Assembly (NCBI GenBank): GCA_963820555.1 | Contig: CAWGAT010000043.1 | Location: 1,554 to 65,553, forward strand | Direction: 5' to 3' | Origin: Candidatus Bathyarchaeota archaeon | Lineage (GTDB): Archaea; Thermoproteota; Bathyarchaeia; TCS64 | DNA length: 64,000 nt | Shown here: piece after piece, positions 1 through 9,919 of the stretch | Layout: the number at the start of each line of letters is the position of its first letter | How positions within the stretch are numbered: position 1 is the first letter of the stretch | The notes under the pieces: model-generated | The model's input: only the letters and a program-made list of their open reading frames with translations | Database searches by the model: none | Told to the model about the DNA's origin: nothing | Made by a program: the position numbers and the translations under genes

Positions 1-717
1 GAAGAATACTCAGGCACTTTCCCAGATTGTTTTGCTTTGCGTAACAGAGAAAGAATAGGAATAGAGTTTGAATTTCTTACTTCTCGGTTTAATCACGAAA
101 GCGATCCAAAATTATCTAAATGTGATTTAATAATCTGCTGGAAAAATAATAATCGAGATACAATTAAAAGAGATGGAAAAGAGTTTCTTAAATTCAATGG
201 ACACGAAATAGAGGTAATGGCACTAAACAAGATAGTTACTGGATTAGAAAAGAAGGGTCTAAAGTTTATCAAATTTGGTGAACCACCCGAACCAGGCAAA
301 ACTAAAGAGGACTTTTTCAATCAACTTGAGAAGAATAGACCAGATAAAGTTAATCTAATAAAGGAACTATGTGATAGAATGGATCAAAGCAAAGACTTTG
401 AAGTAAAATATGGTGGTGGTAAAAAGCGGATCACGGCAAAGATTTTTGTTAGGAATTGGGATATTTGGTCTATACTCATTTCTGGAGATGGATCGGTAGA
501 GATAGATTATCAAGCCAATAAGTCTCAGCCACATTGGTATGAACTGCCAGACGAAACAAAGGCAGAATTATACAAGATATACAAGAATCCCAAACAAAAG
601 CCTTGGCACACTATCCCTCTCGAAACCAGAACAGATCTTGATAACATTTACAAAGCCCTTGGAATCCTATCAGAACATTCAAAGCGACTAGAACCAGTTT
701 GGCATAGAAAAGACTGA
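1..717 (+). CDS. PD-(D/E)XK-like restriction endonuclease-type protein, 5'-truncated by window edge
   Basis: Frame is open from base 1 (EEYSGTFPDCFALR...IGIEFE...CDLIICW). FPD...IEFE resembles a PD-(D/E)XK active site. AT-rich. Confidence 0.55.
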   Translation, partial: EEYSGTFPDCFALRNRERIGIEFEFLTSRFNHESDPKLSKCDLIICWKNNNRDTIKRDGKEFLKFNGHEIEVMALNKIVTGLEKKGLKFIKFGEPPEPGKTKEDFFNQLEKNRPDKVNLIKELCDRMDQSKDFEVKYGGGKKRITAKIFVRNWDIWSILISGDGSVEIDYQANKSQPHWYELPDETKAELYKIYKNPKQKPWHTIPLETRTDLDNIYKALGILSEHSKRLEPVWHRKD

Positions 718-769
718 TTTAGCGTACTGGTACGCAAAGAGTTTCCCTTGACCAGTTTTGGAGGAAAGA

Positions 770-1015
770 ATGGAAACCTTCTACGCTAATGCGTTTACGA
801 TTGGGATAGCCGACGGCAACGTCCTGATGGTCTTCGAGCTCCACGTCCAGGGTAAGGAGACCGCTGAGAAGTGCGTAGTCATGAGCCCTCCGGGCTTCAA
901 GACCCTGATAAAGAGCGCCGAGAAGGAGCTCGAGGCGTTCGAGAAGGAGCAGGGGAAGATCCCGGAGTGGGGCTTAGATCCTACCGAGAACTCCCAGCTG
1001 AAGCTAGCTACATAG
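770..1015 (+). CDS. Small hypothetical protein, DUF3467-like
   Basis: FYANAF...VVMSP..FK.L...L..FEK..GKI pattern; GGAGG RBS before ATG 770. Confidence 0.5.
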   Translation: METFYANAFTIGIADGNVLMVFELHVQGKETAEKCVVMSPPGFKTLIKSAEKELEAFEKEQGKIPEWGLDPTENSQLKLAT

Positions 1016-1024
1016 GGTGATGCC

Positions 1025-1342
1025 ATGGCCAACCTCAGGGGCGGAGTATCGCCAGACAGAAGAGGAGACGCGACAAGGCTCTCCAGTCAGCACATACACG
1101 TATGGGCGAACACCTGGACACGCGAGGTAAAGGTCGACCTATCGAAGGATGGCCGTACCTCAATAGTTGTTGAGGATGGTAACAGGACAATTCTTGAGTT
1201 TGAGCTACCCTGCAACGAGGGGGAAGACCAGAACAGCTTCACGCCCATATTCAAGTACAGGGGCGTCGAGCTCACTCCGGCCATCCTCGCGCAGATTCTC
1301 GGCAGACCCGAGGCACCGCTGCCACTTTTGGAGGAAAACTGA
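1025..1342 (+). CDS. Hypothetical protein (element-associated)
   Basis: 105-aa ORF with GGGTGA RBS, co-oriented, stop abuts the next start. Confidence 0.6.
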   Translation: MANLRGGVSPDRRGDATRLSSQHIHVWANTWTREVKVDLSKDGRTSIVVEDGNRTILEFELPCNEGEDQNSFTPIFKYRGVELTPAILAQILGRPEAPLPLLEEN

Positions 1343-2364
1343 ATGTTTACTCACGGAAGCTCCCAGCGCTTCAAGGACCTGCTCGAGGCCCTGAACGCGC
1401 TGAGCGAGGAGATAGAGTTCACCGCCAACCCAGAGGGGCTGACGGCGATGCAGATGAACCCAAGCCACTGAGGCCATGTTCGTCCTGAAGATGCCATCCA
1501 CCGCGTTCGAGAGGTGGGACGTAGTCGAGGAACAGAAGTTCTCCGTCAACGTCACAACCCTCGTAAAGAAGATCCTCAAGAACACCTACAAGGACGAGTC
1601 AGTGGAGCTCTCCTACGACCCAGAGCGAGCGAGGCTCGAAGTCACCCTGAGAAGCGACATAGTCAGGACGAAGGACCTGCCCGTACTAGAGCCCATCGAC
1701 GAGGAAGTACCAATACCTAAGATCTTCTTCAAGGCCCACGCCAGGGTAGTACTGAGGGGCCTTGTGAAGGCGCTGAAGGACTTCAACGAGCTGAGCGAGC
1801 ACACCACTGATAGCCTTCGAGAACGACGCCCTGACCCTCAGACAGCGCGGCGACTCCGGGTCACAGAACACACCCTTCGAGAAGTACGGCGACAACCTGC
1901 TGGACATCAAGTACGAGGAGGATACGAGGACGACCTTCACGGAGTCCTACCTGGAGAAGATAGTGAAGGCCATCCAGCCACTCAGCGAGGTGGTGAACCT
2001 CGACCTCTCAACCGACATGCCGATAAAGATATCGCCGGAGCTCGACGTCGGATCACTCGAGTTCTACATAGCGCCCTGCATCGGGGTCGGTGACGAACCA
2101 GTGAGGACCGTGACCGAAGAGAAGGCCTACGAGCAGAATGTCACCGGCGTCTCTACGCCCGAGGATATCCTGGTCGTAAACGTGCCCGAGGAAACCTCTG
2201 AGGCGACAACTCCCGAGCCTGTAGCTCCTGAGGGACCCGCCCCTGAGCCTGTAATTTCTGAGGAACCCATACCTACACCGATACCTGCATCGATACCTGA
2301 ACCTGCACCAACACCCATGCCAATCAAGATTGACATGAGCGTACTGAGAAGGCTCAAGCTGTGA
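1343..2364 (+). CDS. pcn: PCNA (sliding clamp) paralogue, split by two +1 frameshifts (~1468, ~1807), with Pro/Glu-rich C-terminal tail
   Basis: Joined frames read FKDLLEALNALSEEIEF...AMQMNPSH(E)AMFVLKMPSTAFERW...SEVVNLDLSTDMPIKI...LEFYIAP, matching the PCNA hallmarks MDPSHVAM and FYLAP. Confidence 0.8.
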
Positions 2365-2452
2365 GCCCTTTTGGAGGAAAAAACAAATCCAGTTTAAGGT
2401 TAAAGCGGTAATAATGATCAGAGGACTGTTCGTGGTAGACTTGGAGGATTGA

Positions 2453-3439
2453 ATGGAAAAACAGAAGGTGCCAGAGGAGGTCGTCTACGAGGCGACGTTA
2501 CAGACACTCAACAGTGACGCTACAGGGGAGATAGAGAGACTACTCCCGGACATGCTACAGTGGGAGAGAGAACATCCCACACAGAACACATATGACGGAT
2601 TCGAGTGGTACATGGTCCACGGCGACGCCAGGACCCTCAACAGCCTGGTAACAAGGAAAATCCTAGAGATCCGGATGAAGACCAACAAGACCTGCAACTA
2701 CAGGCTCACCGACACGAAAGCCGTGGAGAGGGCAATCAGTGAATACCAGGGGATGACTTTCCAACCGGAGGAGACGGCGGAGATCCCGCCGGACCTCTTC
2801 GACATAGTCATCGGCCACGAGGACAAGAAGGACATACTGATGAGAAGCATAACCTCCGACAGGCCCGTCCACTGCCTCCTCTATGGAAGCATCGCCTCTG
2901 CCAAGACGCTGATGCTTGAGGAGCTGGCCAGGCTCCCCGGCAGCAAGTTCATCCTGGGGAGCAACCTGTCGAAGGCCGGCCTCTTCGAGCTCCTCTTCAA
3001 CGAGCGACCGAAGTACCTGATAATAGACGAGCTCGAGAAGGTTGACGACGAGAACAACCTCGCCGCCCTCCTCAGCCTCATGGAGAGGGGCCTGCTGACA
3101 GAGACCAAGTACAGGAGGTACAGGAGGCTCCAGCTGAAGTGCTGGGTCTTCGCCTCGGCGAACAGGATAGACAGGATATGGCCGGAGCTACTCAGCCGCT
3201 TCTCCGCTAAACTCAGGTTCAGGGACTACACGGACGAGGGGTTCCTCGAGGTCGTCGTCAACGTACTGACGGTGAGGGAGGGCCTGACGGAGTCCATATC
3301 GGCGTACATAGCTGACGTGACCCTGAAGGATCTGAACAGCAGGGACGTGAGGAACGCCATCGGCGTATCCCGTCTACTGAAGACGAAGGACAAGGCGGAC
3401 GTCGACCACATCGTAAGCATCCTGTCAAAGCAGAGGTAG
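2453..3439 (+). CDS. AAA+ ATPase with N-terminal winged-helix-like domain (MCM/MoxR-like clade)
   Basis: Walker A variant GSIASAKT, Walker B LIIDE, sensor FASAN, arginine finger LLSRF. Confidence 0.8.
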   Translation: MEKQKVPEEVVYEATLQTLNSDATGEIERLLPDMLQWEREHPTQNTYDGFEWYMVHGDARTLNSLVTRKILEIRMKTNKTCNYRLTDTKAVERAISEYQGMTFQPEETAEIPPDLFDIVIGHEDKKDILMRSITSDRPVHCLLYGSIASAKTLMLEELARLPGSKFILGSNLSKAGLFELLFNERPKYLIIDELEKVDDENNLAALLSLMERGLLTETKYRRYRRLQLKCWVFASANRIDRIWPELLSRFSAKLRFRDYTDEGFLEVVVNVLTVREGLTESISAYIADVTLKDLNSRDVRNAIGVSRLLKTKDKADVDHIVSILSKQR

Positions 3440-3670
3440 CTGAATCGGATTCTTCCATACATTCTTACCGATAATTAGGCTACCTTCCCAGAGCTAGCCT
3501 GTTCTTCCCCATTTTTTAACTCAGCATGAACTATCTGATGACAATTTGCACATAGAAGTTTTACCTCTTCCAGTGCAAGACCCTAGAATACGCCTTATTT
3601 ATCTAAAAGTTTCTATTACTCCACAAAACAAAAATATTGCTTTCTTTCAAAAATTATATTGTGAGGTGAA

Positions 3671-4283
3671 TTGGATTATTTGCATCAAGTATTTAATAAA
3701 TGTTGGGAAACGATGGTCAAACAGTATAAACTAAGGCAAAAAGATTTTGCATTCTTTTCAGAATCAGATATTCATCATTCTCTTATGAGTTTTTTGAACA
3801 ATGAAAAAATAAATGGTATTCACATAGAATTTCCCATGCCCTTGGAAACAGAGAAATTCTGGGCTCAGATTCGAAAGATTTGGGAAAGTTACCTTTGGAG
3901 AAAAATATTACAGAGCAGATTTATGCATTTTAAACGTAGATGCGCCTAGATTAATTTCAGAAATAAGATGGATGCCAGCACTTATTCCACCTATGCAATT
4001 CCTAAATGAACAAGATGAAAAAGTTCAGATTGCGAGAGAGAAATTGGAGAAGTCGAGAAAAAGGTATACAGAAGGTATACCTCGTTGGTATAGTAAAAAA
4101 CTGTTGAGAAACTTTGAAAAGTTCCTCGACGTATTGAAAATATATAATAAAGACTACAAAGTAGACGGCTATTTTTGTATAATCGATGAGCTTTGTTCTA
4201 ATATAGATGAACAAATAAAGAAAGAAATTGAAGGTTTCGATATCCCAGACAACTTTCACTTACTTGTGAATTACATCGAATAG
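3671..4283 (+). CDS. Putative PD-(D/E)XK-like nuclease, one gene split by a frameshift near 3875
   Basis: FSESDI...IHIEFP, then in the frame of ORF 3972: YRADLCIL...SEIRW. Very AT-rich. Confidence 0.45.
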
Positions 4284-4335
4284 ATAGTGTGCGCCAAAAG
4301 ATTTCTTTCATATTCTCCTCGCTCGCGCTCCAAGC

Positions 4336-4683
4336 GCCCTCCTGAGCCTCATGGAGAGGGGGAGCATAACGGAGACGAAGTACAGGCGGTACAGAATGCT
4401 CCAGCTGAAGACCTGGGTCTTCGCCTCCGCCAACCGCATCGACGGGCTGCCTCCAGAGCTCCTGAGCAGGTTCACCAAGCTCAGGTTCAGGGACTACACG
4501 GAAGAGGAGTTCTTCGAGGTCGCGGTCAAGGTGCTGACTTCGAGGGAGGGCGTGGTCGAATCCCTAGCAGCATACATCGCCGACAGGACCATGAGGGTCC
4601 TGAACAGCAAGGATGTGATGGACGCCGTCAGGGTATCCCGACTATTGAAGGACAGGGACAAGGGGGACGTTGCCCACTGCTAA
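4336..4683 (+). pseudogene. Diverged copy of the 3' third of the AAA+ ATPase gene
   Basis: ALLSLMERG.ITETKYRRYR.LQLK.WVFASANRID aligns with ~3064-3420, with many third-position changes; no Walker A/B. Confidence 0.85.
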
Positions 4684-4693
4684 GAATGTGATG

Positions 4694-7600
4694 CTAAGAG
4701 TTCAGATTCTTTAAGACGTCCTCTACCTCGTTAACGTTCCTAATTACAACAATCCTGTATCCGAGGCCCTTGAGCCTCTTACGCTTCTTCTCGTCGTCAG
4801 CTCTTACATAGTCATTCGAGTGGGCTGGGCCGTCAACGAAGATAATTGTATTCGATTTGTAGAAGAAGTCTGCCTGGGCTATTGGCTCGCCTTTTTCGCT
4901 TATCAGCTTCTGCGCCTCATCAGGTAGCTTTAGTCCTAGCTCCCTTATTTTTGCTAGAACCTGCCTTTCGAGTACGGACTCACACTTTGACTCTAGTTGC
5001 TTGTACCTCTCCTCAGATGGTGTGTATGATTCGCACTGCGCACCCTTGAGCTCGCCGAGTATCCTAGTAACCAGCGTCCTGTCAATCAGGTGGTGTTCAC
5101 GCTGGTTCCAGAACCTGAGGAGGCACGAGTAGCAGGCCGCCGCGCAGGAGTCGGACTCCTCCCCTCCCGTCGTCGGGTCTATATGGATCACGCTCAGTGC
5201 ATTGGCGAATACTACCTCAAGCATGCTGGGGTTGAGGAGTGCACTGAGCACCCCTACTCCGCCCTCCTCCACCTCATGAATAACGATTTTCAAGCTATGC
5301 TCATCGGTTGGGTTCGTGGTGATGAATCCGTCGATCTCGTCTTCGTTCACTTGGAAGGTGCGTATAAGTGACTGTATTAGGGCCTCCTTGAGGGTGGTGT
5401 AGAATGATCGGGTCTCCTCCTTCGAGATGTCTTGGGGCTTTGGAACAGTCAGCTGGATCACGTCGTTTGTGCCCTCGAGGGTGATCCACGCGTCGCGGAT
5501 CAGGTCATCGGGGAGAGCCTTATTCTTGCACTGGTTCCCAGAATCTGGGTCGAGGTGTGTCTTGACCCCTTCCTCGCTCAGCCACTCGTGACAAGCCTGG
5601 CAGTAAGTGAAGCCCTTCACCTTGAACTTATTATCCTTCTTTGTGCGGGTTCCATGGTTTATCGTGAGTATTCTCCCGTTGTGCTCGTATGATAGGAGGG
5701 TCTCAGTGCCGTCGGGTGTCTTCAGCTTCAGGTGCTGCAGCTTCTCGGGTGTGGGGGAGTAGTGGGAGCTGATCTCGTATCCCTTGATGCCTCGCTCCTC
5801 CTCAGCGCATGAGATCACGTCACGCCTTATCGCCGACATATCCGGAAGCTCAAAACAGTTCCTATTGGGGGCGACACTCTCAAAACTCGTCCCGCAGACG
5901 GGGCACGCTGCCTCAGTCTCAGCTCTGCTACCCTGTAACACGTTGCCGCATACGGGGCAGATCAGCGTAGTCAGCGTTCTTGGGCGACCCTCCTCGGTGC
6001 GTGGACGCGCCTTATTGATCATATACTTGGCCCCCTGGTAGTAGATTGTGTTACGAGGGGCGAACTCAGACATCGCTATCTTTCTGCTCCGGGAGACCTC
6101 AGTGATACCCTTCTGGGCTCCCTTCCAGTTGTATAGGTTCACACTCGACACCGAGGTGGGGAAACCGTAGTTGGGGAGGAAGCCGTGGACGGCGAGGTAC
6201 CTCCAAGTGTAGAAGTCCTCCTGGCCATCCCTCATCTGCTGTAGCTTCGCCTCTATGGCTTGGCGGAGCCCATCAAGCTGCTTCGACCTGTTACCCATTA
6301 TTCGATTGTTTATCTCCTCACGTTCAAGGTAGAGTTCGCGGTACTCATTCCTCCATGGGTCGAAGGCGTCGTTGAAGGCCTTCTCGAAGTTAGTTATGAG
6401 GGCGTTGACGTAGTCGTCGCTGAACCAGGGAAGCTCATTCATCTCCTTGACGAACGCGTTCTTGATCGTCTTGACTATCTGCTCCTTGTTGGAGATCAGT
6501 TCACCACTGAGTACCCGTAAGAAGTCGGGGCGAATCTCCAGCTTATCCGCGCCAGACGTCGGAACGTCGATTATGGTTGCTATGTTGGGTTCTAGCTTGA
6601 ACCTCCTGCGGAGTACCTCCAACACCACCGCGTTCAAGTGTTTACGGATGAGCTTCTCGTTGTCCATTAGGAACCTTGGTGGTGAGATGCGGCCGGCGAC
6701 GATCCTCTCAGGGTTCTTGTAGAAATACTGGTCGTGCGGGCCTCGTGATGAGCCGGTTCCGCAGTAAGTTATAATAGTTGATGGCTGTCCCTTGCGGCCC
6801 GCTCTCCCGGCGCGTTGTGCGTAGTGGCTTGGGTCCGGCGGCACGTTCCGCATGTAGATCGCTGATAGTTCGCCGATGTCGATGCCAAGCTCCATCGTCG
6901 GGGTGCATACGAGGACGTTCAGGGGCGCCGAGGGGTCCTTGAATGTGTTCTCTATCTCTTTGCGCTCTGCTCCAGGCACTTGTCCGCTGTGCTCCTTCGC
7001 GTAGCTATATACGAGGCCCTCCAGCGGGAGGGCGTATGTGACCCTGTAGTAGTGGTTTGAGTGGTCCTCCGTGACCAGCTCACCGCATTGGTGATTCGTG
7101 CAGACGTTGATCTCGCTCCAATGGTGGACCCTTTTACACTTGGGGCAGACCCTAACCTTGGGATCCTCAACGAGCTGGAGCCTGATTGGCTCCGTTGAAA
7201 CCTGTATTATAGGTGGGTGGTTCTGGATCTCGAGCCTCTCGAGGTACCTCTCCCTTAGAAGCAGCTCAATGATCTTTGCGGTGACGTCCTTCGCGTTCTG
7301 TGAATCCTTGATGTCTAACGCTCTCTGAGTCCAACTGCTCACGATTTTCCCTTTGAGTAACCTCCTATGGGTTACTCTCTGATCCTTATGGTACACCTTT
7401 CGTTTGGCGGTGAAGTCATCGCTGAACCCTATCAACTGGTAGGAGTGTAAGGCGGTCTCATAGAGAGTGTTTGGCTCGAACTTCTCCTCCCAATCAGACA
7501 TGTAGCGGCGTGACTCGTTTGTGAGTTGGTGGTGGATCGCGCCGCGGCGCCTCATTATATCGAGTAACCCGGTAATGTACTCGACTATGTACTGAGGTCG

Positions 7601-9919
7601 CAGTTTTGTTAGCTCTGGGGAGTACTTTGACCAATCCTGGTCTGCGACTAGCTGAGGTAGCCCGATGTACTCTACCTTGACGAGACCTGATTCCTCAAGG
7701 CTGAGAGGAGTCGAAAGTGTACCAGCGGCTAGATCGCTGAGTGTGAGGAAGGTGAGGAAGCGCTCGTAGTCTTGCTGGTATCTTTTACCTCCGGATGTGA
7801 AGTATCGGCCTTTTGGTTTCTCGTACTCGGGGAGAATCTTGTATTCCTCCATCACTTGGTGGACTTCCTTACCTGAGCTGTTTATGTCAAGGGATCCTCC
7901 TCGTGACTTTATGGCCCAGTAGAGGGCTTGGCGGAATAGGACCCTGTTCTGGTAGTCGTTGAGGTGGGCGGCCTGCAGTGCTGTGTCCTGGCGGCTGTCG
8001 CTGAAGGATATTACCTTCTGCTGCCCCTCGGGGAGCTTGTTCAGGAGGCTTGAGACGATTATGTCGGTCGCGGTGCTCCGCCCGACGCTGCTGAACTCGA
8101 AGAGCTTATTGTACTCGCGGGGTTTGTGATCGTAGTTGACGCCGCAGGATGGACAGAGTAGGAAGGGCTTGGGCACTATCCACACGTCAACTCTTGAGTC
8201 GTGGCTGCAGTCTGGGTTGATCTTGTTACAGTTTGGGCAGTAGACTCCTCGCGCAGGGGCTTCGTCCTTAAACAGCTTCTTGAGGTTCCCTGTATCAGTC
8301 TGCCACGACTCAGGAAGAGGTAGTTCCTCGTTTTCGCGGGTTATGGGTGCCAAGTACACGTCTTTGCCCTCCATTGTCATGTCCATGGATCTGGGCAGTA
8401 CAGTTCCGTCTTCCTGTTTTGAGGCCCCGTAGTATTCCTGACCGCAGGCACGGCAGAAGGAGAGAGGCAGACTTGTCCTATTCTTCCCAGCCTTACTACA
8501 CTCCTTACATTCAATGTCCCCTGCGTCGTCGAGGTGTGGTCCCTCATGTGTAAGACAGCTGTTGATTGTTCCTCCCTTGGAGAAGAAGGTGTGTAGCTTG
8601 GGGACGATTACTGGTCTACCCTCGCCTGGTACGTGGGTAGCTGATGCGACGAGTATCGCTGCTTCAAGCTCAGTCTGAGTCGCTGATAAGTCCCAGGTTG
8701 GTCGGTGTTGACTGTGGTAGACCTTGGACAGATCATCCATCGGTTTAGGATCATCAAATGTCATAGACTGTATGGTATTTACAGCGGGATGGTTTAGTAG
8801 TAGAGCTCCGATGCCCTCAAGGGTCTTTTCCGCTTCGGTAAGGTGTCTTCCTATCAGTTCCTCCATGAGGAGTATGGTGTTCTCTATGGTCCCGTCGAAG
8901 CTGCTGATAGTCTTTGAGTCTAGTAAGATCTTGCTTGGGAGCGGTGTTTGGCTACCTGTTGTGGGATATGGTCTATAATTCTCTTGTATGACTCCTGAGG
9001 GTTTGAATGGCTCCCCAAAAAGGTTTGAGGCTATTTCAGCGATTGCGACTTTAGGGTCCTGCTTGGTCTGACTCTCGATGGTGGCGCTGGTGCCAATGCA
9101 CCTCATTGTCTGGCCATGAGCCGTCCGCTGCTTAACCCTCCTCACCAGGCACGCTGCGTCGGCTCCGCGGTGGCCTGTGTATGTGTGCATCTCGTCTAAT
9201 ACTAGGAAGCGGAGCTGGGAGGAGTCAGTTGGTAGCAGGGTGGCGTCCTCGAGGCGGGTTAGTAGCAGGTCAAGCATTACATAGTTAGTCATCAGTATGT
9301 CGGGTGGGTTTCTCTGCATCTCCTCGCGTGATAGAACTTCACTGTCAAGAGCTCCCCTCTGCTGGAGGCGCTGCTCGGCTTCCTCCTGAGTTGTTGGTGT
9401 GTCCCCGGTGTATAGTCCGACTTTGAGGCCGGTGCCCTGCAGGAGTTTCGTAAAGGCGTCGTACTGGCTGTTTGCGAGGGCGTTCATAGGGTATACGATT
9501 ATTGCTTTGATACCGGAAACGCCCATCTTGCGGAGCCTTAGGCACTCGCTTACGATGGGTATGCCGTAGCAGAAGCTCTTACCGGAACCGGTGCCGGTTG
9601 TCACTACGACGTTCTCGTTGTCTTGCAGGATCTTTCTGATTGCCTGGGATTGGTGTTTGTGGGGTGTTACTCTGAAGACCTCTGGTATCTGGGGCTGGAG
9701 GATTCCATCATCTGAGAGGCTCTTCAGGGATTCCCCTTCTGCGTATCTTCTATTCAGCTCTATTAGTGGCTGCTGCCAGAGCACAGTGCCTAAGCGGATC
9801 TGCTCGTCAACCCACTGCTTGATGACGGGGTTTCTGAATCTCTGGAAGGTCTCAACGTATCTCCTGTAAGATGCCTTGACCTCGTCAAGCGCCAAGAAAG
9901 GGTTTACCTGTTTACTCAA
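4694..9919 (-). CDS. Large SF2 DEAD/DEAH helicase (YprA/SftH-like) fused to DUF1998 and a C-terminal Vsr/DUF559-like nuclease
   Basis: [46 protein letters not shown]; several CxxC pairs; CxxACYxCL; C-terminal ESVLE...ADF...VDGPAH...LGYRIV. Confidence 0.9.
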   Translation of the reverse strand: MSKQVNPFLALDEVKASYRRYVETFQRFRNPVIKQWVDEQIRLGTVLWQQPLIELNRRYAEGESLKSLSDDGILQPQIPEVFRVTPHKHQSQAIRKILQDNENVVVTTGTGSGKSFCYGIPIVSECLRLRKMGVSGIKAIIVYPMNALANSQYDAFTKLLQGTGLKVGLYTGDTPTTQEEAEQRLQQRGALDSEVLSREEMQRNPPDILMTNYVMLDLLLTRLEDATLLPTDSSQLRFLVLDEMHTYTGHRGADAACLVRRVKQRTAHGQTMRCIGTSATIESQTKQDPKVAIAEIASNLFGEPFKPSGVIQENYRPYPTTGSQTPLPSKILLDSKTISSFDGTIENTILLMEELIGRHLTEAEKTLEGIGALLLNHPAVNTIQSMTFDDPKPMDDLSKVYHSQHRPTWDLSATQTELEAAILVASATHVPGEGRPVIVPKLHTFFSKGGTINSCLTHEGPHLDDAGDIECKECSKAGKNRTSLPLSFCRACGQEYYGASKQEDGTVLPRSMDMTMEGKDVYLAPITRENEELPLPESWQTDTGNLKKLFKDEAPARGVYCPNCNKINPDCSHDSRVDVWIVPKPFLLCPSCGVNYDHKPREYNKLFEFSSVGRSTATDIIVSSLLNKLPEGQQKVISFSDSRQDTALQAAHLNDYQNRVLFRQALYWAIKSRGGSLDINSSGKEVHQVMEEYKILPEYEKPKGRYFTSGGKRYQQDYERFLTFLTLSDLAAGTLSTPLSLEESGLVKVEYIGLPQLVADQDWSKYSPELTKLRPQYIVEYITGLLDIMRRRGAIHHQLTNESRRYMSDWEEKFEPNTLYETALHSYQLIGFSDDFTAKRKVYHKDQRVTHRRLLKGKIVSSWTQRALDIKDSQNAKDVTAKIIELLLRERYLERLEIQNHPPIIQVSTEPIRLQLVEDPKVRVCPKCKRVHHWSEINVCTNHQCGELVTEDHSNHYYRVTYALPLEGLVYSYAKEHSGQVPGAERKEIENTFKDPSAPLNVLVCTPTMELGIDIGELSAIYMRNVPPDPSHYAQRAGRAGRKGQPSTIITYCGTGSSRGPHDQYFYKNPERIVAGRISPPRFLMDNEKLIRKHLNAVVLEVLRRRFKLEPNIATIIDVPTSGADKLEIRPDFLRVLSGELISNKEQIVKTIKNAFVKEMNELPWFSDDYVNALITNFEKAFNDAFDPWRNEYRELYLEREEINNRIMGNRSKQLDGLRQAIEAKLQQMRDGQEDFYTWRYLAVHGFLPNYGFPTSVSSVNLYNWKGAQKGITEVSRSRKIAMSEFAPRNTIYYQGAKYMINKARPRTEEGRPRTLTTLICPVCGNVLQGSRAETEAACPVCGTSFESVAPNRNCFELPDMSAIRRDVISCAEEERGIKGYEISSHYSPTPEKLQHLKLKTPDGTETLLSYEHNGRILTINHGTRTKKDNKFKVKGFTYCQACHEWLSEEGVKTHLDPDSGNQCKNKALPDDLIRDAWITLEGTNDVIQLTVPKPQDISKEETRSFYTTLKEALIQSLIRTFQVNEDEIDGFITTNPTDEHSLKIVIHEVEEGGVGVLSALLNPSMLEVVFANALSVIHIDPTTGGEESDSCAAACYSCLLRFWNQREHHLIDRTLVTRILGELKGAQCESYTPSEERYKQLESKCESVLERQVLAKIRELGLKLPDEAQKLISEKGEPIAQADFFYKSNTIIFVDGPAHSNDYVRADDEKKRKRLKGLGYRIVVIRNVNEVEDVLKNLNS

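Noticed and set aside
2200-2320. Tandem DNA repeat in the PCNA tail
   Set aside because: Low-complexity Pro codons without exact nucleotide periodicity.
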